A stretch of 64,000 bases of DNA, taken from positions 21,417 to 85,416 of the forward strand of contig JACRPL010000006.1 of NCBI GenBank assembly GCA_016223245.1, read 5' to 3'. This document shows, piece after piece, positions 56,516-64,000 of this stretch. The notes below the pieces were generated by a model. It made no database searches. It was not told the origin of the DNA and saw nothing but the letters and a program-made list of their open reading frames with translations. Made by a program: the position numbers and the translations under genes. Within the stretch, counting starts at the first letter, position 1. The number at the start of each line of letters is the position of its first letter. Source of the DNA: Candidatus Saganbacteria bacterium. GTDB taxonomy: Bacteria; Margulisbacteria; WOR-1; XYC2-FULL-46-14; XYC2-FULL-37-10.

Positions 56516-57295
56516 TTAACCCCACACTTTCCAGGGAGCTTTGCCCGAATCCCATAAACTTTCGAGTATTTTCTTTTCCCTCAATGTGTCCATCGGCTGC
56601 CAGAAACCCGTATGTTTATAAGACATAAGCTGTCCATCTTTTGTGATATTCCGAACAGTATCCTCCTCAAAAGGTATGATCTCGTCCTTTATATAATCCA
56701 GGACTTTGGGTTCCAGGACAAAAAATCCGCCATTGATCCACGAAGTATTGCCTTCCGCTTTCTCCTGGAATTTGTAAACCCGATTATCGTCTTTTATGTT
56801 CAATGCTCCAAACCGCCCAATAGGCCTTACGGCGGTCACGGTTGCAAGCTTGCCGTGGGTTTTATGGAAATTTACCAATGCTTTGATATCAATATCCCCA
56901 ACGCCATCTCCATAGGTAAGCATAAAAGCCTTATTGTCCAAATATTTTCCGGCCCTTTTTATCCTTCCCGCGGTCGAAGTCTCGATCCCGGTATCAACAA
57001 GCGTCACTCGCCATGGTTCTGCCGTATTAGTTTGGATAATTGTTTTTTGGGAGCCTGAACTGAAATCGAAAGTAACGTCGGATTCATGCAAAAAGTAATT
57101 GGCAAAATATTCTTTTATCTGATAGCCCTTGTAACCCAAACATACGACGAAATCGTTGAACCCAAAATGGGAATAAAGCTTCATGATATGCCAAAGGATA
57201 GGCTTGTCGCCTATTTCAAGCATTGGTTTTGGCTTCAATGACGATTCTTCGCCAATTCTTGTCCCTAAACCTCCCGCAAGGATCATTACCTTCAT
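56516..57295 (-). CDS. rfbF: Glucose-1-phosphate cytidylyltransferase
   Basis: LAGGLGTR, KPKPM, LGYKG, TYGDG, GFWQPMDTLR. Confidence 0.96.
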   Translation of the reverse strand: MKVMILAGGLGTRIGEESSLKPKPMLEIGDKPILWHIMKLYSHFGFNDFVVCLGYKGYQIKEYFANYFLHESDVTFDFSSGSQKTIIQTNTAEPWRVTLVDTGIETSTAGRIKRAGKYLDNKAFMLTYGDGVGDIDIKALVNFHKTHGKLATVTAVRPIGRFGALNIKDDNRVYKFQEKAEGNTSWINGGFFVLEPKVLDYIKDEIIPFEEDTVRNITKDGQLMSYKHTGFWQPMDTLREKKILESLWDSGKAPWKVWG

Positions 57296-57319
57296 ATTGT
57301 TTCCTCCATTATAGATATT

Positions 57320-58816
57320 TTATCCGATTTTTTCATACAAAGATACTGTTATCCTATATGAGCCCTTCTTGTGCCTATTTATCGGCAATTTTGAAACTAA
57401 AGTGCTTTCGTAGGGGACGAATTTCCGGATCATTTTCAGCCGATAATTATTACCTAGGCTAAGTTTTATGCTTTCAATATATCCTTTCGGGAAAACCCGC
57501 TCATCGACAATATTTGTTATGAGCCAGATCCTTTTGGCTATCAATTCGGAAGGCTTTAGGAGCGCATGTCCATTTACAAGCGAAACCATTTCGTAATCAC
57601 CCGGAAGATAATACTTTAAGATATTATATGTAATATGCCTATTTGTTGCGGCAATTAGATCGCCTTTTAAATGTTCTTTTTCTATTATTTGAGAGACTTC
57701 CCTCCATGGCTCGATCTGGTTTGAATTATGGTATTCATTAAATGTGAAATAATTGGCGATCGAAATACTTTGAAATAAAAGGATCAGCCCAAATAAAATA
57801 TAGAAAATGACCGGATTTTTTATACGCGACAGGGAAATCCCAAGCAAGGCAATATAAAATGGCAATGTAAAGATGAGGTATTTTGGCATTGTCGACGGTA
57901 AAATAGATGCTATAACTATAGGCATTACAAGAAATATCATCATGTACACGTTTTTTTCATCTTTCGATCCAATGAATTGAAATATCAACAAGGATCCAAT
58001 AATTATTAACGATGGAATTACAATAATGTTCCAAGGTGCGACCGTCTCACCCAAGGCAAGCACAAAGAAGATCAATGGCAATTTTAATGTTGGGGGGAAC
58101 GTGGAAAACGCCATATCCGGGGTCCCGGAAATAACGGCCATGGCCGCATGAATGATGATCTTAAAATAAAGAGGGAAAATTAGAATTGAAACAATAAGCA
58201 AAAAGCCAAGCGCTAAACGAGAGTTGGCATCTTTTTTTCTTAGGTAAATGATCGCGCAAAGTACAAATTGGCTAAATATCATCAATGCCGAATAAATTTG
58301 GGTCAAACCTAACAGCAAAGTGCATAAAATGAAAACAATTGAGGCTTTAATTGTCACTTGCTTGTACAACAACCTAAAGAGCGACCAGGCCGATAAAATA
58401 GATAACAATAGCATTAGCCCATACAACCTAATTTCGTGAGAATGCATAATGGCCAATGGTGAAAAAGCTAAAAGGCCGGCACAAACTAAGGCGGCCCTAT
58501 CGCTTATTGTATCTTTTACGAAAAGGTACATAGCTATCATAGAAAATATGCCAATGATAACTGAAAGCATGCGCAACCCGTATTCAGTAGGTCCGAAAAC
58601 TTTTATCCATAAAAACAATATCGCAAAATATGCCGGAAGATGGGATTCGATTGCCAATGCCTTGATATCAAAATGGCCGGATACGGAATAAATACTATGC
58701 GCTTCATCACCCCAAAGGCTTCGGAATATCGGGTCATAGATCCTGATAAAAGAGCCCAATAACAGGATAAATAAGAAGATCATGAATATTCTGTTTGCTT
58801 TAATCGCCGAAAACAT
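57320..58816 (-). CDS. GT-C fold membrane glycosyltransferase (GT39/ArnT-like)
   Basis: SLWGDEA, HLPAYF, LRMLS, EIRLY; many TMs. Confidence 0.82.
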   Translation of the reverse strand: MFSAIKANRIFMIFLFILLLGSFIRIYDPIFRSLWGDEAHSIYSVSGHFDIKALAIESHLPAYFAILFLWIKVFGPTEYGLRMLSVIIGIFSMIAMYLFVKDTISDRAALVCAGLLAFSPLAIMHSHEIRLYGLMLLLSILSAWSLFRLLYKQVTIKASIVFILCTLLLGLTQIYSALMIFSQFVLCAIIYLRKKDANSRLALGFLLIVSILIFPLYFKIIIHAAMAVISGTPDMAFSTFPPTLKLPLIFFVLALGETVAPWNIIVIPSLIIIGSLLIFQFIGSKDEKNVYMMIFLVMPIVIASILPSTMPKYLIFTLPFYIALLGISLSRIKNPVIFYILFGLILLFQSISIANYFTFNEYHNSNQIEPWREVSQIIEKEHLKGDLIAATNRHITYNILKYYLPGDYEMVSLVNGHALLKPSELIAKRIWLITNIVDERVFPKGYIESIKLSLGNNYRLKMIRKFVPYESTLVSKLPINRHKKGSYRITVSLYEKIG

Positions 58817-60071
58817 TATATTTTAACTCCTTCAATGTTTTAATGCCTTCTTCCAAGACCTTCCGGTCGCCATAGATTTGCTCGGATGACTTGATCGACA
58901 TCCTATCGCCTTTCAACCTAAGCTCTTTTTCGATCGGCGCGAATTTCTTTATTTTATAGATCCCCAGTGCTATCCCGCTTGCCCAATTTGAAATAATGAC
59001 CAAAGTGAATATTAATATTGCTGGCTTTAGATAATGGTCGATTTTTTTTGTTCTAATTAAATATAAGAGAAAAAGCCAAATAAAGCCCAAGAAATAGAAC
59101 ATTTGGAACATATGGTATCTCGATAATAACGCGAACTTGATCCCAAAATTAACCCTCCCAATAGATGTAATGAAAGCCGTCAAAATAGAATAGAACATCA
59201 TTGAATACGGTATGATCGTTTCTTTATGGCCATATTTATACGTTTTGAACACTAATACAGCACCGATAACAAAGAAAATAAAGCCCCAAATTCCAGCGAT
59301 CAGAAGCAATATCGGCAATAAATGACCTACTTTGTAAGTAGGAATAAAATTAGCCCCGAAATAAACGAAAAAGTATTCGATGATTTTAATAGTATTTGTG
59401 AGCGGTAAGGCCGTATTGTTTTTGGTCAGGACATTCTCGGAAAAATAGAGCATATATGTTAATATGCACGCTGAAAAGAACATAAGCATGTTTTGAATGT
59501 TTTTCTTTGGAGAAAATATTATGCCGGGAAGACATGCGATCCAGCCCAAAAGGCCGGTCAAAAAAGAGAAGGAAGCTATGACCAATGAAATTATCATGAT
59601 CAAGAGCGACCTCAAATTTGATCCTGTATTGTACGAATTGATAATAGCTAAAAAAACAAAAACGAGGCATAGGAGGTATGCCGAAAAACTGAATAATATA
59701 TTTTCATGATGTATCGGGGAGTATTGGGCCAATAACGCAAAAAAGAAAAGTATTCTCGCACTTTTATTGCTAATATTCTTTGAAAATGAATTATATATAA
59801 GAAGCATTAACATTGAAAACAATAGAAGAGATGCAAAAGTCTCGTATTTTAAATTCCACTGGCTTATATGGGCCAAAAAGACGGTTATCAAATTTGGGAA
59901 AAATACCCGGTGCTCACTTACCCTTGCCCAAAGATTTTGAATATTTGGTTGTTTTATTATATGGATAAAAGACCATTGGTCGGCGATCGGAATATTAGGC
60001 GTGAAAGTCAGGACATAGATCGATAATAATATAAAAACAATAAAAAATATAGTTTTTTGTATAGAGCTCAT
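58800..60071 (-). CDS. Polytopic membrane protein, probable Gtr-type/GT-C glycosyltransferase
   Basis: P.ADQW, EHR..FP, GR..FG...AL.SRY; about ten TMs. Confidence 0.65.
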   Translation of the reverse strand: MSSIQKTIFFIVFILLSIYVLTFTPNIPIADQWSFIHIIKQPNIQNLWARVSEHRVFFPNLITVFLAHISQWNLKYETFASLLLFSMLMLLIYNSFSKNISNKSARILFFFALLAQYSPIHHENILFSFSAYLLCLVFVFLAIINSYNTGSNLRSLLIMIISLVIASFSFLTGLLGWIACLPGIIFSPKKNIQNMLMFFSACILTYMLYFSENVLTKNNTALPLTNTIKIIEYFFVYFGANFIPTYKVGHLLPILLLIAGIWGFIFFVIGAVLVFKTYKYGHKETIIPYSMMFYSILTAFITSIGRVNFGIKFALLSRYHMFQMFYFLGFIWLFLLYLIRTKKIDHYLKPAILIFTLVIISNWASGIALGIYKIKKFAPIEKELRLKGDRMSIKSSEQIYGDRKVLEEGIKTLKELKYNVFGD

Positions 60072-60940
60072 TTCATTGAACCCTTCCCAAGCTTACCGGA
60101 TGCAAAATCATATATTGCAAGCATTGTAGTTCTAATACTGCCGAATTGCCTATTTTTTAAAGACTCTATCAGCGAATAGATCGGGAAAATTACCAGATTT
60201 AGCACCAACGGTATTAATTGACCTGTCTTTTTGAAGAACAAAAGATTATTTCTCGTGCGAAAATAAGTGTAAAAGGGAGACAATTTCCCCCCCATTGATG
60301 CCGCAAATTTGTGATAGATCACCGCTTTCGGCACAATCAACAATTGATACCCCGCCCTTCTTGCCCGAATGCTAATATCCACATCCTCATAATTATTGAA
60401 ATAATCGGCATCGAGCATGCCTATTTTCCCCAATACTTCTCTTTTGATAAGCATTGAACAACCGGAGATCCATTCTGTTTCGCCGGATCCCGAAAGGTCG
60501 TGCGCCGGTTTTCTTATGATAGGTAAAAACTTTCCGCCAGAAAACCAAACCTTTGTTTTATCGGAATATTGCATTATCCTCGGGGATAATATGCCGGCGG
60601 AACGATTTTCTTGTCCTGCCGAAATAAGATGCGACAGAAAATTAGGTTCAACAGTTGTGTCATTGTTTAACAGAAGAACATAGTCGGCGCCATGGGATAA
60701 CGCAAGCCTTATCCCAACGTTGCTCCCTTCGGCGAAACCAAGATTTTTGCCGTTTTCAATCAAAGTTATTCCCGGAAATTCATTTTTAATATGAATTTGC
60801 GAGCTATCTTTGGATCCGTTATCGGCTAAAATGATCTCAAAGTTGCCATAATCTGTGTTCATTAGCGAAGCGAGACATTCCTTTGTATCAAAATATTGGT
60901 TCCAATTGAGTATAACTATCGAAACTTTAGGTTTATTCAT
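60068..60940 (-). CDS. Glycosyltransferase family 2
   Basis: ILNWN, DNGSKD, NLGFA, LLNNDT, EDVD; start set at MNKPKV. Confidence 0.92.
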   Translation of the reverse strand: MNKPKVSIVILNWNQYFDTKECLASLMNTDYGNFEIILADNGSKDSSQIHIKNEFPGITLIENGKNLGFAEGSNVGIRLALSHGADYVLLLNNDTTVEPNFLSHLISAGQENRSAGILSPRIMQYSDKTKVWFSGGKFLPIIRKPAHDLSGSGETEWISGCSMLIKREVLGKIGMLDADYFNNYEDVDISIRARRAGYQLLIVPKAVIYHKFAASMGGKLSPFYTYFRTRNNLLFFKKTGQLIPLVLNLVIFPIYSLIESLKNRQFGSIRTTMLAIYDFASGKLGKGSMK

Positions 60941-61857
60941 TTTTTTTCTTTCCCAAGTAATTTGCGGATCCCCTCCACTAATCCAATTTTTGGCTTCCAT
61001 CCAGGCAGCCTCTTTCCTTTATTCCAAGGGATCATTACCTCTCTATCCCGGTATGTTCGCCCACCCCACATGACATTGGCATTTCGACCGGACAATTTGG
61101 AATAAATATCAACAATTCTTCTAAGCTCAAGGGGTTTGCCCGACGAAACAGAAAAGTTCTCAATTCTCTTGCCCTTTGATCTAGCAATCCTTGAAGCCGC
61201 CTTAAGATAAGCGTCGATCACATCGTCTATATATACAAGGTCGATCAATTGGCGGCCAGGGGACATTGTGATCGACCGTCCGGATATTGAAGAATCATGG
61301 AGAAGTTTAAATAATTTTGCCCGCTTATCTTCCGGCCCATAAGTGTCGAAAAGCTTTAAAGTAATGACTTTGAGCTCTGTTGAGCTTGCATAATACTCAA
61401 TAATATCTTCAAACGCCTGTTTGGTCGCGGCATAAAGATTGACGGGGCTGTAGTGTTTGTTTTGAAAGTGCTGCCATGAGGTACCCGTATTTACCAAGTA
61501 ATTGCATTGGTTGACTCTCATGGCCTCGAGCAACTGTGTCCCAAATAGAACATTTGATCCGATCAATGGATTAATATCTGTTGATGAATGTTCTGATATG
61601 AACAGGGAAGCGAGATGAAAAACGATATCAGGCTTTGCCCGCCTTAATATCGAGAGTAATCCTTCTGTCGAACCGTCATGTTCAAAGATCTTGACGATCG
61701 GATATTTCTTGGCCAGCAATAACTTATCTGCTCCGGGCCTTACAACCACGCTTATCGTTATCTTTTTTTGCAGCAAGCGTTCCAACAAATGAGAACCGAT
61801 AAACCCTGCAGCTCCGGTAATGAGTATATTATTAAATTTGGAATTAGATCTTTTCAT
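60937..61857 (-). CDS. NAD-dependent sugar 4-reductase (CDP-abequose/paratose synthase-like)
   Basis: GAAGFIG, NTGTSWQH, NLYAATK, LFDTYG. Confidence 0.82.
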   Translation of the reverse strand: MKRSNSKFNNILITGAAGFIGSHLLERLLQKKITISVVVRPGADKLLLAKKYPIVKIFEHDGSTEGLLSILRRAKPDIVFHLASLFISEHSSTDINPLIGSNVLFGTQLLEAMRVNQCNYLVNTGTSWQHFQNKHYSPVNLYAATKQAFEDIIEYYASSTELKVITLKLFDTYGPEDKRAKLFKLLHDSSISGRSITMSPGRQLIDLVYIDDVIDAYLKAASRIARSKGKRIENFSVSSGKPLELRRIVDIYSKLSGRNANVMWGGRTYRDREVMIPWNKGKRLPGWKPKIGLVEGIRKLLGKEKK

Positions 61858-62395
61858 ATATAAATGGGCTCTTATAATCCTTGAGGTTTTGCAGCTTAGC
61901 ATCGCGCTCGGACACGATCGGTTTATTGTTTGGCCAGGGGACCCCCGCGCTGGACCAATGTATACCCCCATCATTTGCGGGTGAATGCTTAAAACTTGTC
62001 TTATAGAGCAGGATTGCCTCGCTGCTTAAAACATAAAACCCATGGGCCACTCCAGCGGGGAGGTAGAGCAAATGGCTTACTTTTGCGCTAAGTTCAAAAG
62101 TTTCATGCTGGCCGAATGTTTCCGATCCGATCCTTAGGTCAACGATCGCATCAAATACCTCGCCGAACAAACAACAAACGATCTTGGAATAAGCCGCCGG
62201 CGGTGTCTGGAAATGCATTCCCCTTAAAACGCCTTTGCTTGATTTTGAATAAAAATCCTCCGCAAAACATGTTGGCAGCTTATGCGTTAGAAACTGTTCT
62301 TCCTCGAAGAACTTGACCAAACTTCCGCGCGCGTCGAGATGTATTATTGGTTCAATTTCATAACATCCCGCAATTTTAGTTTTTTTTATTTTCAT
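61844..62395 (-). CDS. rfbC: NDP-4-keto-6-deoxyhexose 3,5-epimerase (RmlC family)
   Basis: DARG, GVLRGMHFQ, VDLR.GS.TFG, GVAHGF; GGAGGAG RBS before ATG 62395. Confidence 0.9.
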   Translation of the reverse strand: MKIKKTKIAGCYEIEPIIHLDARGSLVKFFEEEQFLTHKLPTCFAEDFYSKSSKGVLRGMHFQTPPAAYSKIVCCLFGEVFDAIVDLRIGSETFGQHETFELSAKVSHLLYLPAGVAHGFYVLSSEAILLYKTSFKHSPANDGGIHWSSAGVPWPNNKPIVSERDAKLQNLKDYKSPFIYEKI

Positions 62396-63744
62396 TGGTT
62401 TCTCCTCCATATGTATCGCCAATGCGCAATTGTTTCGCGGAATTTATTTGCGATCTTTTTTAAGAGCCTTTTCTTTTTAATGGACCTTATCCTGGAATCA
62501 AGATACAAATAATCCACTCCTTTGATCTTTTGAGATCTGGGAGAACGGTCAACTTCATGATCTTTGATCAAGCTTAGCCCGTGTTCCTTGCAATATAAAA
62601 AAAGCTCGCTTCCGGGATGCGGGGTAAAATAGGACGGCGAATCGTAGTCGGGATCGATCTTTTCGATAATTGAGATCGTTTGTTCCACCTCTTCTTTTGT
62701 CTCGGTCGGCAGGCCGAACATATAATTGGCAAATATTTCAACGCCATTTTTCCTGCAAATTTCGGCCGCGCGCAAATTTTGTTCGACCGTTGTCCCTTTT
62801 TTGATAAAATCCAAGATCCTCTGGCTGCCGCTCTCAAAACCGATTATAAGGCATGCCAGTCCCGATTTTTTCATCTCATAGATCAGCTCTTCGTTGTTGC
62901 TTATTATATCTGCGCGGCTCTGGCAAACAAATTTCTTTTTGATGCCCAATCTATTATACTCCTCACAAAACCTCATGACCCATTTTTTGTCATAGGTAAA
63001 TAGGTCGTCGTGGACCATAAAGCTGTTGAATTTATACCGGCTATACAGATGATCCAATTCGTCAATGACATTTTCAACGCTTCTCATCCTGACCCTGTCG
63101 CCAAATACACGCCGTTCGGCCGGCTGGCAAAAAGTGCAATTAAACGGGCATCCCCGCCCGACATTGAGCGTAACGAAAGGTGCTTTTAAAGACTTGATGA
63201 ACGGGTGGAACAGTTCGGCGCTTACATCAAACAGGTCCCTATCGATCCACGACAGCGTGTCAAGCGAGGTTGCCTCGCCCTGATAGACCCTGTCAGGCAT
63301 TCCGCCGCTTTTAATTATATCCAATATTCTAGAAAATATTACTTCCCCTTCACCAACAACGATTATATCGATATCATTGTTGCTTTTCATCTGTTCAAGC
63401 ATTATCGTCGGGTGGACCCCTCCAACAACAGTTATTGCCTTTGGATTGGTCTGCTTTGTTATTTTTATCGCTTCGAGCGCCGGTAAAAGATCGATGCTCA
63501 TGATCGAGAAACCGACGACTTCAGAGCCTTGTTCCTTCAATATTTCGGAATAATGTTCCCAATCTCTCAATTTACGAAGATCAATGCCTTTAACATCGTA
63601 ACCTTTTTGTTTTGCATAACTGCTGATGGAACAAAGACCGTGATTTATATAATTAACAACGGGATCGCTTCCACGGCCATAGCTATTAAATCCCCGCATT
63701 CCGATGCCCGGATAAACAAGTGTGGCTTTTAATGAGCTATTCAT
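62392..63744 (-). CDS. Cobalamin-binding radical SAM protein
   Basis: B12-binding N-domain (VVGGVHPT, VVGEGE), GRGCPFNCTFC, GFESGS, MFGLP.ET. Confidence 0.92.
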   Translation of the reverse strand: MNSSLKATLVYPGIGMRGFNSYGRGSDPVVNYINHGLCSISSYAKQKGYDVKGIDLRKLRDWEHYSEILKEQGSEVVGFSIMSIDLLPALEAIKITKQTNPKAITVVGGVHPTIMLEQMKSNNDIDIIVVGEGEVIFSRILDIIKSGGMPDRVYQGEATSLDTLSWIDRDLFDVSAELFHPFIKSLKAPFVTLNVGRGCPFNCTFCQPAERRVFGDRVRMRSVENVIDELDHLYSRYKFNSFMVHDDLFTYDKKWVMRFCEEYNRLGIKKKFVCQSRADIISNNEELIYEMKKSGLACLIIGFESGSQRILDFIKKGTTVEQNLRAAEICRKNGVEIFANYMFGLPTETKEEVEQTISIIEKIDPDYDSPSYFTPHPGSELFLYCKEHGLSLIKDHEVDRSPRSQKIKGVDYLYLDSRIRSIKKKRLLKKIANKFRETIAHWRYIWRRNQ

Positions 63745-64000
63745 AATCTATCTCAATTTCCCTATTTAATAGTTCATTCCTGAAATTCCTGAATTTTTCA
63801 AAATAAAAGGTTTTTCTTTTCCGGCTCAAGCCGAAACAAAAGAAAATAAATAAATAGAATATAAGCGCCAAAAAAGCTTTTAGCGCGATCATAAACGGAT
63901 CACTGCCGATCCCGGCGTATTCCATGATGAAAATGGCGCCGGCGGTAATAGCAGAGAGACAAGCCGGCAAGATAATTGTCGAAACAATATATGCGCTAAA
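63737..64000 (-). CDS. 3' end of a polytopic membrane protein (possible Wzx flippase), truncated by the right edge
   Basis: Two hydrophobic segments then a charged tail; frame open to the window edge; glycan-cluster context. Confidence 0.55.
   Translation of the reverse strand, partial: FSAYIVSTIILPACLSAITAGAIFIMEYAGIGSDPFMIALKAFLALIFYLFIFFCFGLSRKRKTFYFEKFRNFRNELLNREIEIDYE

Noticed and set aside
1-64000. Alternative genetic code, tRNA/rRNA genes, riboswitches, prophage
   Set aside because: TGA, TAA and TAG all end conserved genes at expected positions; intergenic gaps are short and no such RNA structures or phage hallmark genes were recognised.

Overview
Bacterial chromosomal window (standard code, frequent ATGA start/stop overlaps). 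The gene complement (CBS-less GuaB3-type IMP dehydrogenase, LptD-like and beta-barrel outer-membrane proteins, short PheT) suggests a diderm, possibly a non-photosynthetic relative of Cyanobacteria such as Saganbacteria/Margulisbacteria; this is inference only. Contents: (i) an orphan gene cluster at 1-2935; (ii) housekeeping genes (PBP1A, phosphohexomutase, SurA-like PPIase, ftsEX, glyA, guaB/guaA, mltG-ruvX-alaS, tmk, lptD-like, dnaB, mutS, pheTS, TrmH) interspersed with a toxin-antitoxin pair, lipoproteins, a degP pseudogene and a 1057-aa orphan; (iii) a ~25 kb minus-strand surface-glycan cluster (38.6-64 kb). Best leads: (1) an exactly spaced TGCAAGTTT-N14-CGAT motif, resembling a sigma-28 promoter, that I found in front of three orphan transcription units encoding effector-like proteins, including a translocator/pore-former-like protein and an HEXXH protease-like protein; (2) a family of REP-like hairpins next to a 21-codon IS200/RAYT-like transposase stub, with a second 20-bp palindrome nested inside them and inserted in frame into mutS and an lptD-like gene; (3) heptamer repeats that write signal peptides; (4) a CDP-3,6-dideoxysugar pathway joined to a ThDP enzyme, an aldolase, an SDR and an AroB-like cyclase, suggesting a branched or carbocyclic sugar. 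No rRNA, tRNA or CRISPR array was recognised. All calls come from reading the sequence; no database searches were run.
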